Source of the DNA: Pelomyxa schiedti | Taxonomy: Eukaryota > Protista > Evosea | Reading direction: 5' to 3' | Assembly (NCBI GenBank): GCA_020536535.1 | Contig: JAHLWZ010000820.1 | Coordinates: forward strand, 49,106-113,105 | DNA length: 64,000 bases | Shown: positions 23,401 through 37,923 of the stretch, in pieces | Position numbering within the stretch: position 1 is the stretch's first letter | Layout: each line of letters begins with the position of its first letter | The notes under the pieces: model-generated | The model's input: the letters and a program-made list of their open reading frames with translations, nothing else | Told to the model about the DNA's origin: nothing | Databases searched by the model: none | Position numbers and translations under genes: made by a program

Positions 23401-26400
23401 AACACCATGTTGAAGAATTCATTTGCATCCATTTGTTGATTGGTGTTTACAGGGTTCCCTTCAAAGTCCTATTTTGAGGGTTTACTTTTTTTTCTCCCAC
23501 ACTCTCATACCTTGATGGTGGTGCAAAACGGGGCAGTATCATAGGCCCTCTTTAAGCTCTCTTGTAGATTTGAAAAGAGTATCTGCAACTGCGTGAGTAC
23601 ATCCCATGCCCCTGAAGTATTATCATTTTCTTTGGTTAACTCGGCTACTCCTTCAATTGACAAAATGCCCCTCCTGAAACCTGAATAGAACTGTGAAAAA
23701 AAAAAAAAAAAGAGAAGTCAACAGGGTGCCTACATGGAATATGGAAAAGCTGCTGAAGCAAAGAATTCATGTAGCAAGTGGCCCCTTGGTTCCTCAGACC
23801 AACAAATCCCCACTGACTCCGCTCATTGTCCATGGGGTGGTAGGACCAATCAATACCCATGTCGAGTTTTGCAAGTTGTTCATCAATGAAGTGAACAAGT
23901 TCCTTTTTTTTTGTCATAAAAAAATCGAGGGGAAAAGGGGAATCACAAAAAAGTTATCTGGGTTTATGCGACTGAATTCCAGAAGTAAACGATAAGCAGC
24001 ACGTCTGCTCTCATCTGTTTTGCACTTGGGGAGACCAAGTTGTCTAATACAATGGTAAGGACTAAGGCAAAGAGCCAGGAAGTTACCCAAATTTCTTGAA
24101 ATTTGGGACTTTAAATAGACAGTTTCTGAAAAGTTCTCGCACAAATCCTGTTCTAGGGAAGGAATTTTTTGTGAGGACAGAGAAGATTGTTGGAAAAGCA
24201 ACTTGAATTTGTATTTTTGATATAGCGTCAGTAGCAGTGACAATAACCCCGTAAAAACTTGATCGGTTAAGGAGGAAGAGGACTCCTAATTGAGTTGGCT
24301 TATATCCTGCGATTTTCGAGCACCACTACATACTTCACAAGGTGGATGTTCGATCATTTTTTGTGCAACAGTTTGTGCAACAGCCACTGGATTATCAATA
24401 TTTGTTACATCAACCCCATCCACTTGAACAAGAAGGAGGTCACACATAAGGCAGAAAAATTTTTTACATGTTGTTTTGTACCTTAAGAAAAAAAAAGTAG
24501 AGGATGTATTCAGTAAGAGATGTAAAAGGAGCGGGGCATACACATCCACACTGTTCAGCATTAATAGCATAATTTTGAGAAAGAAAGCAACTGGGTGCTC
24601 CATATCTCCTTTCGGCTGGAAGAACTGAGATAAGAGAAAGGCTGAAGCTTCGTACCAGTATCTTGAAATTCACACATATTCGGAAAATATATTCTGCAAC
24701 CTCACTTCGCAGCTTATTTTGTGGAGCAACAAGGAGAACAGATTGGAGCCAATCATCTTCCTCCTGTGTCAGCCAACGAAATAAAATCGTGCACATTGAT
24801 GCATCTTTTTGTATTGCCAGAGAAATAAGTTGCATTCCCATCATGGCAGCATCGCCGTCTCCGTCATCATCACAAAGTGCCGATCGAGGGTCTCTTATTG
24901 ATGCCCGAGTTACTACCAGAAAGCAAATAAGGTCATTAGAGTAAAATGGATATAACACAAGACTAAATACACGCTAAAGCCCGGAGAAGCTGGAGAATTT
25001 TGCAAATAAATTCCGCAGTTACAATACTTGTTGCACTTTCACGTAAGATTGAAATGGGTTCTTTAGGAGGGGACGTAGTCACTGAAGAGCTAGACGGTGG
25101 TGATGATTTTTCTATTGTTGCATCAACAAAATTCTCCATCACTCAATATCAGTACCAGTGAGCAGAAAATGAAGATTTGATAAAGTCAGGTGAAAGCTCT
25201 TTCGGCAGCCCACACTTGGAAAAGAGCGGTCCATTTCCATGAGAATTTTAACAAGTTGAGTAAGGCCACCCTTGGTAATGAAAGATTCTTGCCATTTCAC
25301 TGTTGCTAACTAGAAAGAGAACTTAGAGGGAAAGGAAAAAGGAGACCAACCTGTGACTTGATACATGAATTAATAACTTGCAAGGAATACAAAAGGAGGT
25401 ATGGTTTTGCCGGATTTAGAGCTTCTGACCAGTTTAAAAATGGAGGAGTTGCCGTATCAGTACTTAGTAGCATATCCAGTAATTCCCAACACTGCAAATG
25501 ATTTGTGTGCCGAAGATTTAATGGGGAAACCCTACCTGATACCCAATCTTGTCACCAGCTGGACCTTCTAGATTCATTTGAAGGAGTTTTTGTAAGATCT
25601 CAAAATTTTTGGGCTGGGAAAGGATGTTGATTGGATGGCCAGGATCTTTCGTTCCTGAATTTGTTGCAGTTGTCCCTCGATTGACTGTCTCCTGTAGAAG
25701 AGGTTAACATCATTACAGCTAGGGCAAAACATCGCACTTCATGGAGCTCAGAACTTCTTGGCGGTAACCCGACAAAAGTATTTGCCAGATTACCTATGTG
25801 TGAATTGATTGCTTCCATTGTTTCTGTCTGGACCAGAAAAGGAGATAAGAAAATAGGGAAAAAAAAATTGTAGAGAAACCTCCTGGACAGCTTCATATTT
25901 AACATAGATAAGTGATTGCTCTCTTATTGTGTCCACAGTTCTGTTGTCTTCCTTTAATTCCTTGCCATTTAGAAACAAGGTCACTTTTGGCTTTGGAAGT
26001 GTAACGCCTTGAATTCCCTCATACAAACTTATTTGAAGTGGTTGTGGTATAGAATTGGCAACTTTTGTCCTACAGGAATCTTAGATGGAAATAGAGAGAG
26101 CCAAGAAACCGTAATGCGGCAATGGTATCTGTAGAAAAAATCCCAGTAACCATGAGATTTCCGGGTGCTTTTTTAAAAACTGGAGTCATAGCTTTTCTCT
26201 TGGGCTCTTCAGGAGGGTGAATATATTCCAGTTGCTGGAAATTTGTGAGACTCGAAGAACTTGGGTTTTGGACACACCACTAGATCTTTGTTCGATTTAG
26301 AAAAAAATTTGCCCCATTTACTGGTGTCAGCTTTTTCTTTGGCTTTGGGATCATCCAGTTGGAAAAATAGCTTCATTGGGGAGCCCAGTGGTGAACTAAC

Positions 26401-29400
26401 TTTTGCAATTGCCGTGTTTCTTGCTGTGAGATCTTCCCATTCTTGAATGTAGCTTTTAAGAAGCAGTAAACAGCGTTGTAACTCCGTATTAGCATGTTTG
26501 TGTCGTGTTAAGACAGCTTCATCAACAGGTTTTGCTGTATCAGATTCAAGTTCAGAGATTGTACACGTTATATGGTCCAGTGTGGACTTGATGTAGAACT
26601 CCCTGAACTGTGCTCGTTGTCGAGGTTTTGCATCATTGAGTATCTGAAAGATATTATGCCTATCCACATATAAAAAAAAAGGGCACTACATAGAGGTGGA
26701 GATTATTAAGTAAATGAATTGCCATTAAGGCCACATCTTCATCCATTGCACCCATAGCAATAGCACGAAGAGTATCTTCCCCACTCAAAAAAGATTAAAA
26801 AGAAATAAAAGATGGTGTACTTACTTGAGTGACTGCGCAATGGCATAAAATTCGGGTTCAACTGCCTTCTGAGACTCTTCTTCTTGCTCAGTCCTAATCA
26901 GCTCCGCTTTGAAGTTGATGTAGAGGAAAAAGCGCCTAAAAAGTGCAAAGAGGGTTTTTGATATCCCAGAGCAGTCTAGAGACTTGGCCATTTTATCAAA
27001 AAGATGTAGCACTACTGGGTCACTGAAGGCGGTGATACTGGGATCCTCACCCCATGTGGTCCAGAAACTACCAGCTGAGTAATATTAGTTTCAAATCGCA
27101 GTACTGTAAGATAACTTTTTGGCTGCAGGGCCTCCGCCGGAACGGAAGTGTTAGCAAGCCATGAATAAAAAAGTTCACGCTCTTCCCAAGTCAAAGTAGT
27201 TGACACTAACGCCTCCCATAGAGCATCCACCTGAAGAGAATTAACAGAGTTACAGGTATGGCTGTAGGAGTCACCTGTGGTTCAGATAAACTAAGAAAGC
27301 CATTGTGTACAATGAATTGCAGGAATTCCAAACGGAATTTAAGTTGTTCAAGATGAGGAAATTCCCCATCCAAAATAGCAGAATTCAAGGAAGGTTTTGG
27401 GCTTCGTGGGTCTCCTCCCTTAAGAATTGATTGATTACGAAAAGTTGAGAGAAAATACAGCACACCAAAGTGGCTGCTTTGTCTACAGCTGCTTTTTTGT
27501 AAACAACAATATCTTGTATTACTTTGTCTAGAAGGTTATAATTCCTATTCAAGGTCTCAATTATTTTGCTTCGGCGCTTGACAGGGAATGTTCCTATTTT
27601 TCTGCTGTGAGGACATTTTCTTGTAGGAACTGGCACACCAATGACTTCTTGGAGTACTTGAAAAGAAATCCACACTTTTTGCCTCTGACCGACGTTTTCA
27701 GCAGCAAAGTATAAATATTTCAGTCGCATTCTGAGAGAAGATTAAAAACCACCTAAAATGTCAAACAAAAAAATATACTGTTCAGGTAGACTGTCAGAGT
27801 CCTTCAACAATTCAAGTAGATACTCAAATGCTTTGTCAGCAATTGATGTCTGTATCCTGGCTTCAGTCTTCATGGCCAATTTCCACAAAACCTCCACACC
27901 ATCTGGTAAATCAGACACACTCTTTGTTCCTACCACCTCCTGGGTGAATTTTTTAAGGAAGGCAATCGACTCGATATCATGTTCCTCGAGTGGAATTTGC
28001 TTGATTTTATTGCAGAGGTCAGTTACGAGTGGTGCTACAGGTCATTAGCATGCACAAGAGATTCTTGGAGGCAATAACCAGAAAGAGTAGGAACAAGTTG
28101 CAGCAAGGTCGAAAAAACTGCATGCTTAATTGACTCATGCTTTCCCTGTGTAAAGCATCAAACACTCAATGAAAGTGAGCGTTCCACATACCACAGCCTG
28201 TGACCAGATTCTTGAAATGTGACTTGTGGCAAGCAGTGTCGTATACTTAGTATAAAACACAAGAACGTCGGCACCGTTTCGAATAAGTTCGGGATGTGTA
28301 AAATCACAAACTTTATCAAGGATGTGATGTTCTTCAAACTTAGTTACAAGGTACCTGCATGGTAAAAAAAAAAAAAGTCAACTTGTATTTCAAGAAACAA
28401 TAAAACACACTTGGGTGCAATTTGCCGTGGTGGGGGTGGGGGAGGAGGTTTGGCATTGGGACCTGCCCACTGTCCACTCATATAATACATTGCATAGGTT
28501 TTTAGTCTGTTTTCGGTTGGCTCGGTTCTTTGTATCATCTTCCTGAGAAGCTGTAGCAGAGTTATTTTGTTGCCGTTAAGCTGCCTCCCACCCACTGTGT
28601 TTGCAGTATTCAACAACCTTAAGGCCACGGAACCGCGCTTCTAAGCCTGACGAATCAAAATTGGTGAAAGCTATATCCAGTGTACAAGCATCTTTAGCAA
28701 TGCTAACACGCTCTGGATCAAAGAGTATTTTCATGGTCTCGGTAGTATTTTTCATGCACTAGTATTTGTTAAATGTGTTAGGGATAAACAGGATACCTCC
28801 TTGAACGCTTGTCTTGTTGGAATATTCATTTCTTGTTTTCCCAAAACAGGAAGTTGAGCAAATGCTACTTTGGCAAGTTTTGGTACAAATGGGTCAGCAA
28901 ATTGGGGAAGGAAACATTCACTGCACTGTGCAGGGGAATGAGCAATTGAATGTGCTGTGAGAAGAGAAGAGAGACATATTTCACAGCACGTAGTAGGTAT
29001 CGTGTGATTTCCACATTTGGTGGAGGAGTGGTGGCCTGTAGCCTCTCCAATATTTTCTCAAATCCATTCAATTTGCCAAAGTAATTTATCATGTCAATGT
29101 AATCAGGATGCAAATCCTTCCTCTAGTGTTTTGTTAGTGTAAAATGGGAAGAGCCACCTTGCCTTGATGTTTGCATAATTCATTGGTGGCCGCTCATGAG
29201 GCTCTTCAGGAGGAGGTGCTGTTTGTTGTGCGACGGCTTGAGCAAGAGTGATAGTGCCAGGCTTTCCATTCCCCTCAGGTGGTGTAGGTGTAGGTGCTGG
29301 GGGAGTGCTTGTAGGCTAAAATAAAATAAGAAACGCAGTTAACTTGATGAACTACTTTGGACATCTTCTGTAAATGAAGCTTTTCATTCGAGGTAAGTTC

Positions 29401-30538
29401 TTTCCAATAAACTTGCCCAGAAAAAAAAATTCTACTCAGTGTTGCAGTGAGGTCCAACATCTACAAAAGACACCTCAGAAAAAGTGCTCACATTCTTAGG
29501 ATGCTTACATCATCCATCATCTTAAGCACAATTATTCTCAATGACCCTTCCAAAATTTTCAAAATTAGGCCTCTGTAAGGATATTGAAAGTCCCTAAAAA
29601 ATTAACATTAACAATAATTGAATTGGTTTACGGAACTATACTTTCTGGATAATATTGCAGCAACACATTTAGGAACACCATTTGAGGCAAAAATTTTTGC
29701 TGGCTCAGGGTCCATTTTATTTGTCTCAAATTGTTCGATTTCACGGATAAAATCTTGCATTATCATGGTGGGTGTATTTTCTTCAAGATTGTCAACCACT
29801 ATACTGGAAAAACGCACCAGAAACCTATTTTCAGTGCTGCTTCAACTCTGATATAATGAATTTTCAAATCCTGCAATGGATCATCTTCAAATGTAAGTCA
29901 GAAACCAGGGGAACAATGGGAAGGTTGTCGCACAAGTAAACAAAGGAATAGGCTAGACGCAATTATACCCTACCAATTGTTTGTGCTGAACTCCTTGAGC
30001 CAGGCTTTCCATCCACATCCCCAGGGGCTGCCGTGGGACCTTGCACTGGTGGAGGACAATTTGGTGGTGGCGTACTTGGCGGGGGGATAGTGACTGGGGT
30101 TTCGTTTGTGGCTGGTGTTTCATTTGGTGCTGAAGTTTCAGTGGGAGCAGGAGATGCAACTTGTGTAGAAGTGGTAGAATTTAGAGGAGGTGGAGACGTG
30201 GAAGGGGAGTGATGTGAGTGCTTCTTGTGGTGGTGCCTTCGTGAAGGCTCTTTGGTTGTGTCATTCGCGTTTCCTCCGTCGTTTTCTTTATGAGAGTGAC
30301 GTGAGTGTGAAGACTCTGCACCACCCGACGAGGATGATGTTGTGCGACTCAAGCCAGACTCTGACTCTGGTGGTCGTGTTGCGGGTGACTGGGCATCACC
30401 GTGAGGATCTACGACATGGTCCGGATCTCCGTTCTCACTCGTTTTTCCCTCATTGTTGTCCGTTGTTTCCCGTGTTGCGTCGTTTCCTTCGTCGCGAGAG
30501 TGAGAGCTCTCGTGCAACTCGCTCCCACTGTTCGACAT
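20496..30538 (-). CDS. Large ubiquitin C-terminal hydrolase, USP9X/USP24/USP34 type (many exons)
   Basis: Cys box FVGLRNQGATCYMNSLLQQLF, QMDANEFF, HLKRFEF, KINDSCEFP, YELVGIVVH, NAYILFYQR; upstream UBL-like VTLFLNGKEL; long helical N-terminal region. Confidence 0.92.
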
Positions 30539-30738
30539 TTCTCACGTCGAGATCTCTTCTGCGGCCGCGCGCGTCCAACGCCTTGTTGGTTTTTTTTTTT
30601 TTGTATTCGCTTTTTTACGCTAAGAGCCCACGAGCGTTTCAAAACCAAAAAAGACAAAAAATAAAGGTAAACAACGTGGGCAAGGGCTAACAGATCCAAC
30701 CAAAACGAAAAAAAAAAAGTGCAGGCAACCACTGCCAA

Positions 30739-32365
30739 TCAGGGTTCGTCCTCACTTGAGCTCGTTTCGGATTTGGTGTGGCAGTTGCTTTTGGATTTGG
30801 CACAAAGGGAGCAAACTCTCTTTGTTTTTCTGGGTGCTGATGGAGCTGGTATCTTCCTGAGGCAAGATTCACACACAACCTGCTGGCACTCAGTGCATTC
30901 TGCTCTAGTCTCAGAACTTAGTTTGCTTTTGCATATTTTGCACTTCTCTATGTTGAGTGTGACAGGTGGTGTTTTTGCTGTGGTTTTTGATGTGCTGGAG
31001 GTTGCTGTTGATGTTGAGGTTGAGGTTGAAGTTTTTGCTGAACTGGAACTGGAACAGCCTGTTGATTGTGATGATGGTTTTGTGGTTGTTGCTGTTGCTG
31101 CTGTTAATGTTGTTGGTGTTTTGCTGGTGGTTACAATCCTTGATGATTTTACACTGCCTTTGCCTCCTTTGCCTGTTGGTCTTGTTATCCTTTCACCTTC
31201 ACTTCCAATCTCACTGTCATCCTCACTGGAATCTTCCTCACTGGTCGCTGTTGTGCTAGAAGAAGTAGGTTTTGGAGTAGCAGTGATAACTTTTTTCCTG
31301 GATACAGCAGATTCTTCAGAGGTTTCTTCTTCAATAGTTTCTGAGTCTTCCTCGGTGTTTGAAGAAGGTTTGTTCTCAACTACTTTGGCACTTGTTATGG
31401 GTGTTGCTTTGGCACTTGCTTTTTGTGAAGTTGAAGTTGGCTTACTTCCTTGTTGTCTAGAGGAAGATCCACGTGTGGTAGGTGGTGTGCCAACTTTGAT
31501 TTTTCTTTTTGGCTCATCCTTTTTATAGTCATCTTCAGAATCACTTTCTGGATCAGTGATATCACTATCCACAACGGGTTTGGTATCCCCAGGCTTTTGC
31601 AATGGAATCCAATCTCCTTGGCGAAGATCAAAGGGCCTCACACGGTGAACAGGAGGATCGAAAACTACAAGTACTGAAACGATTTAAATAATAGAAGCAT
31701 GGGGGAAAGCTGCTTACCAGAAGCGGTATTACATTTATAGCCAGGAATGTTAAGCCTATGGTATTATAGTTTAAAAAACGGATTTAGAGTAAGAGTGGAC
31801 AAACAAATAAGTACCTGTCATTAGCAGCTACCATTTTCCAGCACTTGTTAACCCACTTGGCAACAGCGCGAATGACACTCCTCTCAGCCATTCCTGCATC
31901 CATTTCCTGTGCAGCCTACAAACAAACAAAAAATAAAGAAAACTTAGTTATTTCACTCCAGTTTGTTTTTGGCAAGCAGAGCAGACCAAATTTTCGTTTC
32001 TTATTAATAAGTTGGTCGAGTGAATCACTCTCATAAAGAGTGTGTTTGCACGAAAGTGAAAGTGTGCCGCGCACCTCGTTGTCGAAAATTCCCCTGAGAA
32101 AAGCAGTCGCCGACGTAATGAGAGGCCGGCGCGCGGCGTCGCCAATCGTGGCGAGGGACGTCTGCAATTGGACGGGGAACCCAGCCGCGCCCTCGAGGTC
32201 CTCGCGGCTCGTGAGCACGTAGAACTGAATCCACGACAGCGAGGTGGCGGTCTGCGACAGCAGCAGCTTCTGGAGGGAGCTGCACGCCGGGCCCACGGCG
32301 CCCCGCAGGCCCCGGTTCACTGCCGCCTCGACCTTCTGCCGAGCAGTGAGCTCCTTCTTGCCCAT
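30739..32365 (-). CDS. Hypothetical protein with Ser/Thr-rich linker and C-terminal FYVE/RING-like zinc finger
   Basis: C-terminus CKIC...CTECQQVVCESC...RVCSLC (8 Cys). The N-terminal exons join through GT-AG introns. Confidence 0.7.
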
Positions 32366-32464
32366 TCCACCGCGGCAGTTCGTGGCCGATCGACCGTCGC
32401 TTTACAGTTTTCTTTGTTTGTTTGGGTCGTTGATCAGATCGTCTGATTGCCAATTCGGGATTTC

Positions 32465-33645
32465 ATGGCAGCGGTGCCCGGGGTGTCGAACGATAACGAG
32501 GCTACGGTGGAGACAGAGGGCGCCACAGTGACAGAGCAAGAAACAACCGAGGGCGAAGGAGGACTCGAGGAGGAGTGCAACTGCGCCGAGGGAGCTGAAG
32601 GGGAGGAGGACGGAGAAGGGGGAGGGGAGGGGGAACCAGCAGCAGAGGTAGAGGAGGACGGGGAGGGGGAGGGGGAGGGGGAAGAGGAGGAGGAAGAAGA
32701 GGACGACTGTAGGCTTGTCAAGAGCAAGTTGGGAACAAAGACCTAGTATGCCATTCCACACCATTACCTTTTTTTTTGTTGTTATTTATCTTGATGGTGC
32801 TTCTAGCTGGGATGACACATATTCGAGGGAAATAGGCAACTTTGACAACACCGGCGATGTGGGGACCGTGTGGTTTGGATCACCAGTTCTGGCCAAAGTC
32901 GTCACCTGCGTTGTATCGCTTCCTGGGATCACCAAGTCCTCGTCTGTTTTAGACATTGGTGCTTTTTCCCAGTTTTTTTAGTCGTTATGTTAATCTCTGT
33001 ATAGGCACTGGGAATGGTCTAACGCTTATCACTCTGGTTTTCTTTCTTTTTAAAAACATTTAAAAATTAAATAGCAAACGAAAAATAAACAAATGACTTC
33101 TTGTTTGGGCCAGGTAGGCTGCCAAGTATGGCTTCACCAGCCTTGTCGGCAGCGATTTCTCTGAGCCTGCAGTACAACTTGCTACGAAAATTTCTGCCAA
33201 ACGGGGCTTGGACATTAAATTTATAGTTGATGATGTGACTCATTCCATCATTGATCACAAGTGTGTCCCAAATATTGGTACCCCATATCCTATCACAATT
33301 AATCATAAGCCAAGATTCCAGCTTGTGATAGATAAAGGAACATTTGATGCTATAGCACTCACACAGCAAACCGAGCGGGAGGAGAAAAAGGAACAGTACC
33401 GGCGAGCCATTGTGTCCTTCCTGCAACCACCACCAGCCATTTCATACTTTGTCATCACGTCGTGCAATTTTACCACAGCTGAACTGCGTGAATTCTTTGG
33501 GCCAGGCACCTTCCCCCTTTTTCCCTTTCTCATCCCTTGACCTAGTTCATTAGTCTTGCACTACCACAGCCAACTAGAGTACCCTGTATTTACATTTGGG
33601 GGAAAACAAGGAAGTACCAACAGCACAGCCATTTTCTGCCTCTGA
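32465..33645 (+). CDS. EEF1AKMT2: EEF1A lysine methyltransferase 2 (Efm4/METTL10)
   Basis: SKLGTK..WDDTYSREIGNF...GTVWFG, VLDIGTGNG, GSDFS, IDKGTFDAI, ITSCNFT..EL, YPVFTFGGKQGS. Acidic N-terminal extension. Confidence 0.92.
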
Positions 33646-33945
33646 TTTTGGAATTTTCTTTTGCCTTCCCTGTAAAAACCCCAACCTTCGTTTTTAATTT
33701 TACTTGTAGTACGGGATACTGTTCTCTTCTGAAATCCTTTGTTCTCGGCCAGTCAACACGCCCAAGGTTGGGCCATTCCGAAATTGTGACTGTCAGGCCG
33801 TTCGGCACTTTTTCGTGAAACACCAAGTTCAAGATCTTGGTTCGGAACAAAAACAAACAAAGGTGAAATTGGCGCCGACCTTACCGCCAGGGCCCAGTTC
33901 CACCAGTTTGACAGGTCGCCAGCCCCAAAAACCACACGACGCGGC

Positions 33946-36900
33946 ATGTTCAACATTTTTGGCACGACTACGCGGGAGGTGGGCCTCTGCGGCACCCTGG
34001 ACGTGCCCCACGTGTGCAACGTAGCAGTGGCCGTGTCGCCCCTCACTGGCGTCGAGACAGTGGCCTTCGCAACGAGGGCCCACAACGGCGTGGGGCAGCT
34101 CATTGGCGGCACCAGGTCTGTGTGTAGTTCGCTATCTCGCACTTAAAGTGCCACTTTGGCACTGCTACCCCGTTCAAACTAAAAACCAACCGATCGACCA
34201 ACACACTCCAGAGTGCACGTGGAGTGCAGATTTGTAGGGGGGGATGTGCAGGGCCAAAAGGGCGGGTGGTCTCGCAAGGTCGTGCCCCCAAAGCCCGCCG
34301 TGTTGAACGCCAACGCAACTTGCGTCGCCCTTGTTGACGACGGCACCAGGCTCGTCCACGACGCCGGCAGAACTCCTCCGACTCTCTTGGTCAGTGACAT
34401 ACTGGGTAATGTAACGTTTCTGGGTTTTTCCTTCCCATAACTTACTGAACCCACCCCTTCCCCCCCCTTGTTGCAGCACTGGACAAGAACCCGCGCATGA
34501 TCCCTCGGTTTGAGATTCCTCACCCAGGCGCATCCTTTGTTTCCGCCTGCAAGTTCATCCAATCGTCTTCGCTCATCACTCTATCCAATGGGCGCGATAG
34601 CTCTCTTCTGAATATCTGGCGCGTACCTCGCAGCACTCCTGCTCCTCGCCCTATCAATTCTGAGCACAGCCACCTTATGACTCCGCCTCCTCCGCAATCA
34701 CTTTCGCTCATTGAAAGTGTTCCGTGCGCCCCATCACCTGCGTTTGTGGACACGCTGAACTCTTTTGCCGCCATTGCAAGTGAAGCTGGCGGAGTATCTC
34801 TGTGGGATATAACTCGCAATGCACAGATAACTACTGTGGACGTCCCTGCAGCTGTATGCTGCCGGTTTATAGCTCCCTCAATGCTAGTAGCCTGTGGCCC
34901 AAAGGAGACCAGTGTGCATGACTTAAGAATCCCTGAGCTGTCTCCTTCATCTATTCAGCCACCTTACAGCAGCCCATCCTCGACATCCACAACCACAACT
35001 ACATCCACAACGACATCAGCAGCACTACCTGCAATTAATGCATCATCCGCACTCACCTCGCGTGTGGCCTTGTTCCGGCACAATCATTCCTGTACTTGTT
35101 ACTGCTGCATGCCCCTGGGGGACGGGCCCATTATCATGACAGGCTGCAGTGTCGGAATGTTGTTATTTGACCTAAGACGGCCAGACCAAGTCCAATATCT
35201 ATGTAGTACAATGCCTCACCTACGCTGCTGTGATGCATATGGTCCCTTGACAGTGGCTTGTGGTGAAGCCCATGTAAAGACATACCACACAAAAAGTAAC
35301 ATCCACACTATGTGTGATAGGGAGTAAAGTGTTTCAGGTTTAATATCGCTTGGTCTCGAATCTCTCTCCGACCCTTCACCTCGGGTTGACTTGTTTTCTC
35401 CAATCTGTAATTTTCCTTACAAAATAAACTTGAGAGCTTCCCCAGCTCACATCTCTAATTTTGCTTTCAGCATTTAGCCATATTGACGTCTGGCTACCAG
35501 GAAATTGGGCGCGAAAGCAATTTGATGTAAATTTGCTTTCCACTGAAATTCAACTGCGCAAGGACAACCAGATTATTGATATAATTCACCTAACAGATAT
35601 CAACATGGCCGCATCCAGGTATGGATATATGGATCAATAATCACTTATGTACTCTTTTTTAACAGAGATGCTTCACGGGAGAGATTAGTGCTTTTCACAA
35701 ATTTTGGTGTGAAATATGAATTAGCAGTACCGCCTTCCCCTTTTCTGGATACCCTAGAGAACTACATTTCTGAAATGCCAAGGGCTGCACTCGGAAATCA
35801 TTTAAGAGAAGAAGACTTTGTCATGGAATCTAATGTAGAAACCCTCCAAACAAACTGTCATTCAGCTCACATTTTCCAGCCTTTTGAACAAGGAAGTTAT
35901 GGCAATGTATTTGTGGGGAGGAGGAAACGTTCAGTGGATAACATGCGCTATGCTATCAAGAGATTGAAGAAACCTTTTGTCTGCATGTCTCCTAAAGATA
36001 AGGAAGACTTTATGAGAGAAGTTTCCGCTCTTGCCCATACGCATCATCAGTTTGTTCTCAATGCACTGGGTTTCTATCAAACGGTATTAAATTATGTGCC
36101 AAGAAGGAATCTGATCACATTTAGTCAGATGGGTACCTGTGCCTTGTTACAGAATATATCGGTGGGGGAGATTTGACACGATACTTATATGATCCTGCCA
36201 AGTATCCAATGAATACTCAACAGGTCTTCAAGCTTGCTTACAACGTTAGTAACTCAGTCTCCGAGTGACTACTTAATTGCGTTTGACAGTTTAGCCTGGG
36301 GATGGAATATATTCACCAGATTAATCTCATGCACAGGTTCAGTTATCTTTCCACTTTTTGTAAATCTTAAGAATAGCAAAGGGATCTCAAGGTTTTTTTT
36401 GTATTGAATTGAAACTATGGTGACCATTTTAGCCTGCTAATATCCTAGTTCAATCTTGGGCAAGCTTTTCTATCAAAATTGGTTTCATACCTGTACCTCT
36501 ATTTTTTTTTTAATGACCCAAATAGCTGACTTCGGATTGGCAAGAATGGCTGATAGTAACAACTTGAGTTTCACTGCTCATGTGGGGACTCATGCGTATG
36601 CCTTTTATTTTCAGGAAAAGTGCTAACTGATAAATTAAGGTACACGGCCCCTGAAATCGATGCCTCGGGGGAATACGACAAATCGATTGATATTTTTGCA
36701 TTTGGTATTTTTTTGTGGGCGTGCTGTAGCTGGTGATTTCTTTGGGTTATAGTTACAAGGTATTATTCTGTGGGAAATGGTTACAAGAAAGCGTCCCTGG
36801 ATATATGAATACCGCCCAGCAGAAGTCGTTTACCTCAAGTCATTGTAGGCCTCTATCCCTTAATTCATTGAATTCACATGTGCAAGAGGAAAACGACCAA

Positions 36901-37610
36901 CAATCCCACCTGACACCAATCCAAAGTTAGCGTCACTTATTGAACGATGCTGGCACCAGAACGTTGAGTCCAGGCCAGCATTCACGGATATTGTAAGGGA
37001 ATTGACAGGTAAGAGTTGTAGCCCCAATTTTCTTTAACATGCCATAGAGGCCTGTCCAAACGTGGCTGCCTTGTTTTGCACTTCTAACCCTCTTACTGCT
37101 ACTCGGGGTCCAAATGCTATTTTTTCCAGTGTGCAATCGGCAGCTATCATGTCAACTACACCGTTATCTTCTTCAAGTCATTTACATGCGAATTCTCAAT
37201 TACCGTTTGCATCTTTAAGCCCAAATCCTGTGAAAACCCAAGCCCCGCCGATAACACCGGCGGTTCCACCTCCCGATTCACATGTAACGGCCAAATCACC
37301 TGAAATCATATCCCCGAAAGGCGACAGGCAATCCGATCCAACATTTCGGTATGCGGGACCACATAGTTTCCTGCTCTCTAACTTTCATTACTATCTCCCA
37401 GAAGCTCCAGCACTGCAGCCACCCCAGCAAGTCGCCTGGTTTGTAAAAATGTAATCAAATGATACTAACACACCCAAAAGTATGCCACAACAGGGGAACC
37501 TGTGTGCAAGAAATGTGGAGCGAGAATCCCTCCTGCTGGTGAGGTATGACTTTACTTTTCAAATGCAAAGTAAAAGTACATAGTGTGCCTGTGATCCTCC
37601 CTTGTTTTAA
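33946..37610 (+). CDS. WD40-like + PH-like + TKL protein kinase + C-terminal Cys motif (paralog 1)
   Basis: WD-like strands (LNIWRV, VSLWDI, SVHDLR, LLFDLR). Kinase: YAIKRL, EDFMREV, HRDLKPANIL, DFG, YTAPE, DIFAFGIILWEM, CW. C-terminal CKKC. Confidence 0.85.
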
Positions 37611-37923
37611 GGGCTGATGGAGAAAACTTGTTTCTAATGTTTGTATCTTGTACTATCAAGTAATAGAAGGAAGGCAATGAAATCTTGAAAAATAAACTCC
37701 GCTTGACTCTCACAAACGAATTTATAAAAGGAAAGAATACATGAGCGCGGGTTCTGTTCCCTTTTCGGGTTGCAGGGCACAGGTGTCACTTTTTTCTACG
37801 ATTCGAATCGAACTGCATCAAAACCGGAACGAAACTGAAGAGAAGAAGTCAAAAAAAAAGAAAACAAAAACTACAAGGGAGAGCCAAGATCTCCGTACCG
37901 TCGCTACACAAGGAGATCCAAAC

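Noticed and set aside
30719-31528. 269-aa hydrophobic plus-strand ORF, and similar antisense ORFs over GC-rich or low-complexity exons
   Set aside because: These are shadows of the Ser/Thr/Lys-rich coding strand opposite.
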